A DNA stretch of 63,944 nt, the filler included, from Vicugna vicugna (Eukaryota): the NCBI GenBank assembly GCA_013265495.1. It is 75 parts of 75 records of this genome, joined end to end, with 100 filler letters (N's around TTAATTAATTAA, not from the genome) between each part and the next. Parts side by side here need not be neighbours in the genome. Positions count along the whole stretch, not along the records: positions 35,541 to 36,018 come from PNXW01028274.1; positions 36,119 to 36,626 come from PNXW01028276.1; positions 36,727 to 37,248 come from PNXW01028279.1; positions 37,349 to 38,275 come from PNXW01028285.1; positions 38,376 to 38,859 come from MU063224.1; positions 38,960 to 39,406 come from MU063226.1; positions 39,507 to 40,263 come from MU063227.1; positions 40,364 to 41,257 come from MU063228.1; 67 more parts are not named here. One strand, 5' to 3'. Below the pieces are notes generated by a model. The model was not told the origin of the DNA, ran no database searches, and was given only the letters and a program-made list of their open reading frames with translations. Position numbers and translations under genes: made by a program. Shown one piece after another: positions 35,541 to 48,328 of this stretch (positions within the stretch are counted from its first letter, which is position 1; each line of letters opens with the position of its first letter).

Positions 35541-36018
35541 AATCTAAGGGATTCTATTAGAACCCAGGCACTGCTGTCATTTTGAGGAGCCCCCCGACAC
35601 TAAGGATATCTGAAAGTTTTCGTGTGTGTTCTGGAGCTGGGAAAGACATTCCTCGAATATTTATGGGGGCACAGGTGTTCCAAAGTTGCGGATTTGGTTT
35701 AAACACCTCCACTGGCAAAGGAAGGGCACTCGCTAATCCTTGTCTTAAAAGCCCAACCCCCACATTCACTCACAGCCAGGCCTAGGTAAACACTCATGGA
35801 AGTCAAGGTAATGGATAATAGTAGACCCCAGGGGCTGCTGTTATTTGGAGGAAAATCCCTACATTCAGGATACAACATTCAGGATACACGAGCACTTCCT
35901 CGTTTGTGTGCTGGAGTTGGGGAAATAGATTCCAGGCATCTTTCAGGTGGCACTTGTATTCCCACGTTCCTCATTGTAGGTAAATTTTCTCAACTTCCCA
36001 TGTAGATGCATTGGCTAA
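35541..36018. repeat. Degenerate ~267-bp satellite
   Basis: aagggattctattagaacccaggcactgctgtca. Confidence 0.85.
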
Positions 36019-36118
36019 NNNNNNNNNNNNNNNNNNNNNNNNNNNNNNNNNNNNNNNNNNNNTTAATTAATTAANNNNNNNNNNNNNNNNNNNNNNNNNN
36101 NNNNNNNNNNNNNNNNNN

Positions 36119-36430
36119 TTACTTCACTTAGAATGACTATCTGTACGTCCATCCATGTTGCTGGAAATGACATTATTTTGTTTTTTTCATGGCTGAGTAG
36201 TATTCAATTGTATAAATATACTACTTCTTCTTTATCCAGTCAGCTGTCAATGGACATTTGGGTTGTTGCCATGCCCTGGCTATTATAAATAGTGCTGCTC
36301 TGAGCATTGAGGTGCATGTGACTTTTTGAATTAGAGTTTTCTTCTGACATATGCCCGGGAGTGGGAAGGCTGGATCATGAGTTAAGTCCATTTCCAGATT
36401 TTAAAGGAAATTCCACACTGTCTTCTCTAG
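36119..36430 (-). mobile_element. LINE-1 3' fragment
   Basis: catccatgttgc...ggctgagtagtattc...tttatccagtc. Confidence 0.88.
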
Positions 36431-36726
36431 CAACAGTACAGCCCGTTTTGTGAAAGAAGAGCCATGCTCAGAAAGTAACGGGTATTTCTAGGGGCCAGAC
36501 ATGAAGCACAGTGAGTGTGGCCTGTTCAAGAATCAGAGGGCAGTCTGCCAGGGCTGGAGGAGAGTGAAAACGGGAGAGTGTGGTACAGGCAGCATTCAGA
36601 CCACGTAGGGACCTGACAGGCTGGGANNNNNNNNNNNNNNNNNNNNNNNNNNNNNNNNNNNNNNNNNNNNTTAATTAATTAANNNNNNNNNNNNNNNNNN
36701 NNNNNNNNNNNNNNNNNNNNNNNNNN

Positions 36727-37248
36727 CATTCCCTGGCACAGAGACATTAGGAAAACCCTCATTGGAGACGAACTAAAGGCTTTCCGTTAGAACCCACGCG
36801 CTGCCGACCGTTGGTGGAACCTCCCCACGCTCAGGTTCCGGAACAATTGTCAGTGCGTCAGGGACCTTGAGAGACAACCTCTTCAGTCACAGGTGTTCCT
36901 GTTCGGGGAAGTCCAAAGTTCCCTGTTCGGGGGAGTACGAGAAATAACTTCCCTGACTTTGTGGAGGCAGCCTCTGTCACTGGGATATCCTGCAAACCCC
37001 CCTAGCATGCCCTGGCACAGAGACATTAGGAAAACCCTCATTGGAGACGAACTAAAGGCTTTCCGTTAGAACCCACGCGCTGCCGCCCGTTGGTGGAACC
37101 TCCCCACGCTCAGGATTCCGGAACCATTGTCAGTGCGTGGGGGAGCTCGAGAGACAACTCCACGCAACTCTCTTAAGTCACAGGTGTTCCCTGTTCAGGG
37201 AAATCTGAGAAATACCTTCCATGACCTTGGGGAGGCAGCCTCTGTCAC
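36727..37248. repeat. 267-bp satellite, subfamily A, with one rearranged monomer
   Basis: ccctggcaca at 36731 and 37010 (279 bp apart because of an internal duplication and deletion). Confidence 0.9.
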
Positions 37249-39506
37249 NNNNNNNNNNNNNNNNNNNNNNNNNNNNNNNNNNNNNNNNNNNNTTAATTAA
37301 TTAANNNNNNNNNNNNNNNNNNNNNNNNNNNNNNNNNNNNNNNNNNNNTTAAAAAAAATAAAAAGGTTAGTGCTGGGCTGCAAATAAATAGGATTCATAT
37401 AATTCCACCAGACACACTGAATGTGGAAAGACTAGGGAAGAAAAACAAAAAGCCATTAATAATGTCTTCAAACTTACGTTGCACACAGGAGAACACGTTA
37501 GCCAAGCTGAGTGTCACATCAACATGACGCTTGAGTGGGAAGGGGAAGCTGATCTTCCTCATCAGACATTTATACTGATTTGTTAGATGCCAACACAATT
37601 TCCTCATTGGATTTGCTTCTAATAATTATGGAACAGTTTAGGCTCTACCAAAAGCAGACTAAACATTTTCCCCTGCCGCCAAATCTCTGGACTGAATGTC
37701 CCCACAAGAGGGACATGATTATAATTCACAGGAAACTCTTCCTGAGAAACAACAGGCTTTTTGAAGGCAGAACTACTGGTCCCCCAAGGAGGGCTGGAGG
37801 AAAGATCGAGGGGACACTGGAAATACAGGAGGAGACAGTTCAGATAGTGCTGCTCAAGTAGCCAAAGACATCGTACCAAAAGTTTCGTGAGTGAAGGAGC
37901 CTGTGAACACTGAGAAGGTTGTTAAGGCACATCAGCACATAAGTAGCATCACAAGTCAATTGTAGCATGTTTTGATATTTGGAAAATAACCCACTTCTCT
38001 TTGAAAATGCTGCAGTAGCAATAGAAATAATAAACACTGAGCTGTCTTGGAGATAACACACAATAAACAATTCTAAATCTGCAGGATTCCTTGACAATAT
38101 GCAAGCGATGAGCTGGATGTGTGCTGCAGACACCTCTTACTGCAGGGCTCACTCCTGCAAAGCACAGAACTAGTTTTCTCAGCAAAGCAGACAGACCAAG
38201 TCAAGATTTCTAAACTTGAGAGGTTTACTTTATGGCAGGAAAGATCAGACAAATAAATACAGCTAAATATGAATANNNNNNNNNNNNNNNNNNNNNNNNN
38301 NNNNNNNNNNNNNNNNNNNTTAATTAATTAANNNNNNNNNNNNNNNNNNNNNNNNNNNNNNNNNNNNNNNNNNNNCTGTAGATTTCAGAAAATGCTTTCA
38401 CCGTTTCTTTCCATCTGAGGAGGCAGCGTGTTCTCTTACCAGCATCAGGAGTTCAGGGCCACGGGATGATGGGGGATGCCTGCACTGCCGTCAAGACAGC
38501 TGAGCTAGTCACTGCAGGCGCGGTGGTTTTACATAGTGCATTTCATGTTCTTTAATGGGTTTCAACAGATAGTTAATTAACTGAGTTAATTAACATTTAA
38601 TAAATATGATGCTTTGTTGAAAAGACAGTTNNNNNNNNNNNNNNNNNNNNNNNNNNNNNNNNNNNNNNCATTACTGAAAGTAGGGAAGATTCTTTATCTT
38701 ATTTAAGCCTCTCTTTTAAAGTAACAAAGAAACAAGACAGGAAAAGCAGAGGATGATTTCTGTTCTTCCTCTCGGCTTAAAGGTGCCCTCACCCCCAGTG
38801 GCATCCATCCAGATACCAGCACTGACACTGGCCGTGCTGAGAACTGCCTCAGCCCTGAANNNNNNNNNNNNNNNNNNNNNNNNNNNNNNNNNNNNNNNNN
38901 NNNTTAATTAATTAANNNNNNNNNNNNNNNNNNNNNNNNNNNNNNNNNNNNNNNNNNNNGAGAGCTATGCCATCTAGCCTCTCAACATAGAAATGATGTC
39001 CCCTCAGTCGTACTTATCATTGTAACCTCCTGGCTCCACTAGGGCACAGAGGCCATGGCCTGTTGTCCACCAAGTTTTCTTTCCTTGCACAACAGCTACA
39101 AAGGGGTGAGTTAACACATGACCAGAAAATCTACAAAGCCCTCGTGTACTATTTCCTGTTACTTGCAGGTCACCCAAATACCTCAGATCCTCCAAGTAAA
39201 CAACTAGTAAGAGGAACTGATATGGTTCGTCTGTCAGACCCCTGATGGCAGGACTGATTTGGCCTCTTCTGTGCTCGGGATGATCCATTTTCCTCCTGTG
39301 TGACCTTCCCCGATTGAAAGAGACTGCTCTTTGCTTATGGGCTTTGGAATATTTCTGGCTATCTGACCAGAACCTTCAAAAGTAAAACTCTTGGTGAGAA
39401 TCGAAGNNNNNNNNNNNNNNNNNNNNNNNNNNNNNNNNNNNNNNNNNNNNTTAATTAATTAANNNNNNNNNNNNNNNNNNNNNNNNNNNNNNNNNNNNNN
39501 NNNNNN

Positions 39507-40263
39507 AGCATTTGATAAAAATTAACACCTATTTGCAATAAAAGTTCTTATGACAGTGGGCAAAGAGTGACCATATTTCAACATAATGAAAGCTATTTAT
39601 GACAAATTTATAACCAGCAAAATACTCAATGTTGAAACACTGAAACCCTTCCCACAAAAACCTGAGACAAGACAACCATGCCCATTCTCACAATTTCAAT
39701 TCAATATAGTCTTGGAATTCCTAGCCACAACGATCAGGCTAGGAAAGAATAAAACTATTCAGACTGGAAAAAAAAGATGTAAAATTGTCACGATATGCAG
39801 AGATGACACTATATACAGAAAACTGTAAAAGTTTCACAAAAAAATACTTAGGCTAAAAAAGGAACTGAGCAAGTTAGTCAGAATAATCTACAAAAACCAA
39901 TCACATTTCTTTACTCTACCATTGAATCAACAGGATAACAAATTATAGAAACAACCCCTTTTATAACTGCACCCAAAACTATAAAATGCTTAAGAATACT
40001 GTGACCAAGTTGGTGAAAGACTTATANNNNNNNNNNNNNNNNNNNNNNNTCATTGAGGAAATCAAGAAAGATTTGAAGAATTGAAAAGATACCCAATGGT
40101 CTCGTAGTGGAAGAAATAATATTATTAAAATGGCCATACTGCCCAAGACAATCCACAGACTTTAACTGAGTTCCTATCAAGTTATGCAAAACATTTCTTT
40201 CTAGGACTGAAAGAAATTATCATAAGATTTATATAGAAACAAAAAAGATCCATAATTTCCAAA
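39507..40263 (+). mobile_element. LINE-1 ORF2 RT fragment
   Basis: AFDK...NIMKAIYDK...TRQPCPFS..FNIVLEFLA and a degenerate ADD motif. Confidence 0.9.
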
Positions 40264-42203
40264 NNNNNNNNNNNNNNNNNNNNNNNNNNNNNNNNNNNNN
40301 NNNNNNNTTAATTAATTAANNNNNNNNNNNNNNNNNNNNNNNNNNNNNNNNNNNNNNNNNNNNTAGGGGCACAGACATCCCAATACACACATATCTCATG
40401 GAAGCTTTCTGGGGTGCAGTGTGAGTTACCAGGATCCTGAACTTAGTATGGAATCCCACCCCCTTGTGCATCACGGTTCCTGGCAATAAATTGCTGTCAT
40501 TTGTCCCTGGACATGCACAGGGGAGCTGACTGCTGTGGGGGTCACTGCAGGACTAGAATCTTCTGGTGTGTGCTCTGTGACCACAGAAACCCAGGGGGAT
40601 TTCTCAACGGGAGAACCTGGAGACCATGCCTGCAAGGACCACCCTCATGGGATGGCCAAGGAGCTCGTGGTACCCAGGTCACCAAGTGACGAAGTTGTGN
40701 NNNNNNNNNNNNNNNNNNNNNNNNNNNNNNNNNNNNNNNNNNNNNNNNNNNNNNNNNNNNNNNNNNNNNNNNNNNNNNNNNNNNNNNNNNNNNNNNNNNN
40801 NNNNNNNNNNNNNNNNNNNNNNNNNNNNNNNNNNNNNNNNNNNNNNNNNNNNNNNNNNNNNNNNNNNNNNNNNNNNNNNNNNNNNNNNNNNNNNNNNNNN
40901 NNNNNNNNNNNNNNNNNNNNNNNNNNNNNNNNNNNNNNNNNNNNNNNNNNNNNNNNNNNNNNNNNNNNNNNNNNNNNNNNNNNNNNNNNNNNNNNNNNNN
41001 NNNNNNNNNGGCAAGAAAGGCCCTGGGAAGGGGCTCATTCAAGGGCAGAGGCCACTCTGCAGGGATGCTGGACCTGGCAGCAATGCACTGCTTCAGTACT
41101 CCCTTGGGTTGGGTTTCCAAGCTGTGGGATGGAAGGGCCTCTCCTTCCTGCGGTGCAGTCGGGGGAACTAGATCCATCGTCAAGGTCAGCCCTGAGAATG
41201 GAGGCTACACTGCCTCCATTCCTGGAAAGAAAATCAGTCCCCTCCAGTCCAGGTGATNNNNNNNNNNNNNNNNNNNNNNNNNNNNNNNNNNNNNNNNNNN
41301 NTTAATTAATTAANNNNNNNNNNNNNNNNNNNNNNNNNNNNNNNNNNNNNNNNNNNNTGGTGGATCCTAGGTAACCGGGCAGAGTTCTATGGGTGGATCA
41401 GTTTGATGGAGGGGCTGCCGCCCTCTGTGGAGTTTCGCTTAGGTCTTTGGTACGGGAAGCTGTGTAAGTTCGAGATACTGCTGCTGTCCAAAGACCTGAG
41501 TTCACGGGTCAGTTTCCAGAACCTGAAAGGGCAGACAGTGGAAGATCTGCCTGGCATCAGCTTACTGGTGAGGCTCCGAGCTCCTTTCAGACTTGCCCAG
41601 TCATGTTGAAGTACATGTTGAAGTCGGCTTTATGGGAGACACGAAGAGAAGCTGGCCGAAAAGCTGGCTGCACGGATTGAGGAGAGATGCGAACACATTG
41701 ATGAGAGATGTCCTGCTACAATGGAGAATACTGGCCTGCAGACAGCTGTTGAGGATACCAGGCTCGAAGTCTCTTATGAGATATTTTGAACCTCGCTGAT
41801 ATTGGCAGAAACATACGGAATGCCTGCGTGGACTTGAGGAAGTTCCTCGATTCTCTGCTCCAAGAACGGGTACAAGATCCCTAACGTCTAAGAGAGAAGA
41901 GATGGCAGAGGTGATCAAAACGCTCATGACCTTGGAAGAGGTCATGAGAATCCACACGTCCCAAGGGGCATTTCCAAGCCATTCACATCAAAGTGCACCA
42001 AGCCCAGGTAAGCCTTTTCCCAGGATTGGGCCTAGCTAACAAGCACTTGCTCTTCCCACCCCGCCACTCAGGCATCCATTTGGAAGGATCAGTACCTGAG
42101 CTGNNNNNNNNNNNNNNNNNNNNNNNNNNNNNNNNNNNNNNNNNNNNTTAATTAATTAANNNNNNNNNNNNNNNNNNNNNNNNNNNNNNNNNNNNNNNNN
42201 NNN

Positions 42204-42728
42204 ATTGCAGGATATCCCAGTGTCCCAGGCTGCCTCCCCAAGGTCAGGAAATTTATTTATCGGACTTCCCCGAACAGGGAACTCCTGTGACTGGAGAGAG
42301 TTGCGTGGAGTTGTCTCTCGAGCTCCCCCACGCACTGAAAATGGTTCCGGAATCCTGAGCGTGGGGAGGTTCCACCAACGGTCGGCAGCGTGGGGGTTCT
42401 AANNNNNNNNNNNNNNNNNNNNNNNNNNNNNNNNNNNNNNNNNNNNNNNNNNNNNNNNNNNNNNNNNNNNNNNNNNNNNNNNNNNNNNNNNNNNNNNNNN
42501 NNNNNNNNNNNNNNNNNNNNNNNNNNNNNNNNNGAACAGGGAACACCTGTGAATGAAGAGAGCTGCGTGGAGTTGTCTCTCGAGCTCCCCCACGCACTGA
42601 CAATGGTTCCGGAATCCTGAGCGTGGGGAGGTTCCACCAACGGGCGGTAGCGCGGGGGTTCTAACGGAATGCCTAAGCTCGTATCCCTGAGTCTTTTCCT
42701 AATGTCTCTGTGCCAGGGAATGCTAGGG
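42204..42728. repeat. 267-bp satellite, subfamily A
   Basis: Same monomer motifs. Confidence 0.92.
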
Positions 42729-43764
42729 NNNNNNNNNNNNNNNNNNNNNNNNNNNNNNNNNNNNNNNNNNNNTTAATTAATTAANNNNNNNNNNNNNNNN
42801 NNNNNNNNNNNNNNNNNNNNNNNNNNNNGCAAAATATCCTTCTACAGGAATTTTTATCTTGATATTTCTATGGCCTGTGTGGTCACAGGAAGTCAAAGTT
42901 ATGGTGATGGCTTAGAATTTCTTTTCTCTCTGTAATTTATAGGGCATTGCTACAGATGGGGCAGCAGAGATCTGCGGTAAGCTGTTCCATGGGGTGGGGG
43001 AGCGGTTAGAAATGATAAGGCCAGGGATCTAAAAGACTTTTAGACCCTTCCCTCCTAACTGGCAGACCTTGAAANNNNNNNNNNNNNNNNNNNNNNNNNN
43101 NNNNNNNNNNNNNNNNNNNNNNNNNNNNNNNNNNNNNNNNNNNNNNNNNNNNNNNNNNNNNNNNNNNNNNNNNNNNNNNNNNNNNNNNNNNNNNNNNNNN
43201 NNNNNNNNNNNNNNNNNNNNNNNNNNNNNNNNNNNNNNNNNNNNNNNNNNNNNNNNNNNNNNNNNNNNNNNNNNNACAGCCCAAAAGGAGCTGTCATATT
43301 CAGGGAAGTCAGAGAGCAAGAACCAGAGTTAGTGATGCCACAGAGTCAGCAGTGTGGCAGCAGTGATGTCAGTATCTGTGTCCATAACCCACCTAACCCT
43401 ACATGAACTTATCTGCCTACAGGGGGCAGGTAAGTAGCAGAAATGTGTGGAGTGGGTGCAGCCTCTGGCAAATTGGTAAATGGACATCCTAATGAAATGC
43501 ACTGCTCACAGTCACCATATTGGAAATAGGGCCTCACACTGTCAGATCTCCTTCTTATTCAAGAGAAGCCAGAAATTAAGAGTTTATTGGCAATCAACCC
43601 AGCTCAAAACCTAGAAAACATATCATTTATAATGACAAAAAAGGCACAGACTATTCAAAAATAANNNNNNNNNNNNNNNNNNNNNNNNNNNNNNNNNNNN
43701 NNNNNNNNTTAATTAATTAANNNNNNNNNNNNNNNNNNNNNNNNNNNNNNNNNNNNNNNNNNNN

Positions 43765-44484
43765 ACATCTGAGCCAGATATCGTGTGTGTGCTGGAGGAG
43801 GGAAACTGGATACACACATCGTTATGGGGCCACAGGTGTTCCCAGGTTGGGGATATAATTTAACCACCTCCACTGCCAAAAGATAGGAACTCACTAATAC
43901 TTGGTTTTAGAGCACAACCCATAACTTCGCTCAAAAACCGGCCAAGGAAAATACTCAGGGAAGTCAATCAATGGATCCAATCAGATCCCAGCTGCTATTG
44001 TCAGTTGCAGGAGCCTCCCCACACTCAGGATACCAGAAAACTTCGTGTGTGTGCTGGAGGTTGGGAAACAAAGAACACGCATTTTTCAGGGGTCACAGTA
44101 ATTCAAACGTTGTGGGTTGTAGTTTAAACATCTCCACAACCCATGTAGTGTCACACGCTGATACTTAGTTTTAGAGCCCAAATCCCACTTTCAACCACAC
44201 ACTGGCCTAGGCAAACCATCAGGGAAGACAAGCAAAGGGATTCTATTAAAACCAAGAAGCTGGTGTCAGTTGGAAGAACTACCNNNNNNNNNNNNNNNNN
44301 NNNNNNNNNNNNNNNNNNNNNNNNNNNNNNNNNNNNNNNNNNNNNNNNNNNNNNNNNNNNNNNNNNNNNNNNNNNNNNNNNNNNNNNNNNNNNNNNNNNN
44401 NNNNNNNNNNNNNNNNNNNNNNNNNTTTGGACTCAAAGACCAACCCCCAGGTTTCCCTCAGAGTCAGTCCTAGGGAAACACTCA
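43765..44484. repeat. Degenerate ~267-bp satellite
   Basis: tcgtgtgtgtgctggagg recurs at 43781 and 44043. Confidence 0.85.
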
Positions 44485-44584
44485 NNNNNNNNNNNNNNNN
44501 NNNNNNNNNNNNNNNNNNNNNNNNNNNNTTAATTAATTAANNNNNNNNNNNNNNNNNNNNNNNNNNNNNNNNNNNNNNNNNNNN

Positions 44585-45067
44585 CTGAGGGTTTTCCTCA
44601 TGTCTCTGTCCCAGGGAATGCTAGGGGTGGTTGCAAAGAACCCCAGTGACAGAGGCTGCCCCCCCAAGTTCATGGAAGGTATTTCTCGGACTTCCCAGGG
44701 CAGGTAACACCTGTGACTGAAGAGAGCTGCATGGAGCTCTCTCTCGAGCTCCCGGACTCAATGACAATGGTTCCGGAATCATGAGCGTGGGAAGGTTCCA
44801 CCAACGGACGGCAGCGCGTGGGTTCTAAGGGAATGCCTGTTCTCTTCTCAGCTGAGTGTTTTCCTCATTTCTCTGTGCCAGGGAATGTTAGGGGGGGTTG
44901 CAGGAAATCCCAGTGACAGAGGCTGCCTCCCCAAGGTCAGGGAAATTTATTCTCGGGCTTACCTAGCAGGGCTGTGACTGCAGAGAGCTGCGTGGAGCTT
45001 ACTCTCGAGCTCCCCGACTCAATGACAATTATTCCGGAATCCTGAGCTTGGGGAGGTTCCACCAACG
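44585..45067. repeat. 267-bp satellite, subfamily B
   Basis: Diagnostics ctcaatgacaat, ctaagggaatgcctgt, ttcctcat. Confidence 0.9.
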
Positions 45068-45167
45068 NNNNNNNNNNNNNNNNNNNNNNNNNNNNNNNNN
45101 NNNNNNNNNNNTTAATTAATTAANNNNNNNNNNNNNNNNNNNNNNNNNNNNNNNNNNNNNNNNNNNN

Positions 45168-46030
45168 GAAAATCTTCATGTGTGTGCTGTTGATGGAGAA
45201 ACAGAGTCCACGTATATTTCAGGGGTCACAGGTATTCCTTTGTTGGGGGTTGTTGATTAAACACGCCCACTTCCCATGGAGAGGCACTCACTAATACTTA
45301 GATTAAGAGCCAAAATCCCACTTTGAACCGCACTCCAGCTTATGCAATCCATCAGGGAAAATAAGCTTAAGGATTCTAGTAGAACACTGGCACTGCTGTC
45401 AGTTGGAGGAACTTTCCCACTCTCAGGATTCCGGAATCCAGGCTTGTGGGGGGTGGGTTTGTTTATCCCCACTCCACGTATTTGGATGTGGGCAGAGGTG
45501 TTCCCGTTTAGGGAGAATTCATCTAAATACTTCCTCATTCCATCGGGGGCACTCGCTACTATATGGCCTCAAAGCCCAACCCCCAGCTTTCTCTGAGAGC
45601 CAGGCCTAGGAAACCAATCAGTGATTACAAGCTAAGGGATTCTATTAGAACCCAGGCGCTGCTGTCACATGAAAGTGCTGGCCCAAAATCAGGATACATG
45701 AACACGTCTTCGTGTGTGTGTTGGAGGTGGGGAAACAGAGTCCATGCATCTTTATGGGGGCACAGTTTTTCCCAGGTAGATGATGTAGTTTAAACACCTT
45801 CACTGCCCTTAGAGAGGCACTGGCGATTACTTGGATTTCAAGCCCAAACCCCACCTGAGCTCAAAGCCCGGCCTAGGAAAACACTCAAGGAAGTCAATCT
45901 GAGGAATTCTATTAGATCCCTGGTGCTGCTGTTAGTTGGAGTAGACTCCCCAAACTCAGGAAACCAGAACAATTCTTCGCACGTTTGCTGGAGGTGTGGA
46001 AACAGAGTCCAAGCATTTTTATGGGGCACA
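45168..46030. repeat. Degenerate ~267-bp satellite (about 3 monomers)
   Basis: gRattcta anchor at 45371, 45637 and 45904 (266-267 bp). Confidence 0.88.
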
Positions 46031-46130
46031 NNNNNNNNNNNNNNNNNNNNNNNNNNNNNNNNNNNNNNNNNNNNTTAATTAATTAANNNNNNNNNNNNNN
46101 NNNNNNNNNNNNNNNNNNNNNNNNNNNNNN

Positions 46131-46891
46131 TTGAATAGATTCCATCTACATGATATTCTGTGTTCCTTACATGCTGCATACATGACCGATTTGACAAACA
46201 TGCATTCCTGAGGTGAGAGCATGTGGATTACTAATCTTTCATCCTCTATAAAAGGAATATTTTCATCTAGACACGTGTACACATTTTCACAAGCTTTCCC
46301 TAACACCAGGTTCGAATTCGTGCATTTTTCACAGAAAAATAGTTCTGGAGCGATTTNNNNNNNNNNNNNNNNNNNNNNNNNNNNNNNNNNNNNNNNNNNN
46401 NNNNNNNNNNNNNNNNNNNNNNNNNNNNNNNNNNNNNNNNNNNNNNNNNNNNNNNNNNNNNNNNNNNNNNNNNNNNNNNNNNNNNNNNNNNNNNNNNNNN
46501 NNNNNNNNNNNNNNNNNNNNNNNNNNNNNNNNNNNNNNNNNNNNNNNNNNNNNNNNNNNNNNNNNNNNNNNNNNNNNNNNNNNNNNNNNNNNNNNNNNNN
46601 NNNNNNNNNNNNNNNNNNNNNNNNNNNNNNNNNNNNNNNNNNNNNNNNNNNNNNNNNNNNNNNNNNNNNNNNNNNNNNNNNNNNNNNNNNNNNNNNNNNN
46701 NNNNNNNNNNNNNNNNNNNNNNNNNNNNNNNNNNNNNNNNNNNNNNNNNNNNNNNNNNNNNNNNNNNNNNNNNNNNNNNNNNNNNNNNNNNNNNNNNNNN
46801 NNNNTCGTTGCTTCATCACCAGTTTCAAGAATCACACTTTGATCAAAGGAAAATCTTCTTTTAGCGAATTCTACCCTAGAGATATGTAATT
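46131..46891. repeat. ~247-bp satellite (gapped)
   Basis: tctagacacgtgtacacattttcacaagctttccctaacaccagg is identical to 1031-1075. Confidence 0.9.
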
Positions 46892-47439
46892 NNNNNNNNN
46901 NNNNNNNNNNNNNNNNNNNNNNNNNNNNNNNNNNNTTAATTAATTAANNNNNNNNNNNNNNNNNNNNNNNNNNNNNNNNNNNNNNNNNNNNACATTATTC
47001 ACTGAACCAGTGTGTATTTTATTACTAATTAATCAAACCATGAAAATTATACATGCCAGAGAAATAGCAATTTTACCAGTTTTGTACCTTTCAGGGCATA
47101 GATGGCCTTCCAGATGTTTTCCATGAGTAGTTAGCTCTCTCTGTATTCATAAGCAACACAGCAAGTTCTTAGTCTAGTCAATCATTATATATTCCCTGGG
47201 AATCCCCTCAGAGATTGACAAAAATGATAAATTAGCTGTTGATTNNNNNNNNNNNNNNNNNNNNNNNNNNNNNNNNNNNNNNNNNNNNNNNNNNNNNNNN
47301 NNNNNNNNNNNNNNNNNNNNNNNNNNNNNNNNNNNNNNNNNNNNNNNNNNNNNNNNNNNNNNNNNNNNNNNNNNNNNNNNNNNNAAACAATACACATGCT
47401 GAGAAACTTTTATCATTTACCACAAATGAGTCAAATAGC

Positions 47440-47575
47440 AACTTGCTGTTACAGCTCTGGAGATGGATGGTTGAAAATCTGTATGACTATACTTAAGGGC
47501 CGTTGAGTCGTTCAATTTAAAATGGTTAAAATGACAAATTTTTTGTTATGTGTATATTATCACAATTAAAAATTT
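47440..47575 (+). mobile_element. Old L1M 3' terminus
   Basis: tttaaaatggttaaaatgacaaatttt...tatcacaattaaaa. Confidence 0.65.
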
Positions 47576-48328
47576 AATTACAATTAATTANNNNNNNNNN
47601 NNNNNNNNNNNNNNNNNNNNNNNNNNNNNNNNNNTTAATTAATTAANNNNNNNNNNNNNNNNNNNNNNNNNNNNNNNNNNNNNNNNNNNNTAGATGATTT
47701 TAAAAATTCTGTCCAGCTGTATTTTTCTACTCCTATGACTAATTAGAATTGTGTACATCTTAGTGCATATATATATATATATTAGTGCATATATATGTAT
47801 ATAGAGAGAGCAATTGTGTGTATATCCCTCCATAGGCCTGCTCCATTGCCGGACTATTGTTTTAAGAAAGAGAAAACTCAGAAATGTTTATAATCTGGGG
47901 TTTAAATGATGGAAAACTTCTTTTTTTATGCATCAGCTATTATGCCAAAGTCTTTAATTGAAGTTGATGTATTCGAGTATTCGCCTATTGATCCCTTAGT
48001 CTGAGAAGGTACAATCCTTGACCTGGCAATCCTCAAGACTTCAAGACTAAGTCATCTTCTCAGGGCTGGGGTATCCTGGCAAACTAGATCTAAGAATCAG
48101 GCAGCTGCAAAGAGAGAGGCTTCTCTAGACTCATGGCTGACTCTGCACCCTTGCCTTTGCAACTCCTTTTCTGACCTATCAGGACTTAGCTCTACAGAGC
48201 TATTACTGGTATTTAGCTAACATGTTCCNNNNNNNNNNNNNNNNNNNNNNNNNNNNNNNNNNNNNNNNNNNNTTAATTAATTAANNNNNNNNNNNNNNNN
48301 NNNNNNNNNNNNNNNNNNNNNNNNNNNN

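Noticed and set aside
37349..38275. Cluster of overlapping 70-97-aa ORFs, possibly a receptor pseudogene
   Set aside because: No GPCR or other family motif that I could confirm in any frame.
38960..39406. Possible ERV env or internal fragment
   Set aside because: Only vague resemblance, with no diagnostic motif.
40364..41257. ORFs on both strands of a GC-balanced gapped scaffold
   Set aside because: They span a gap and have no recognisable domain or consistent splice signals.
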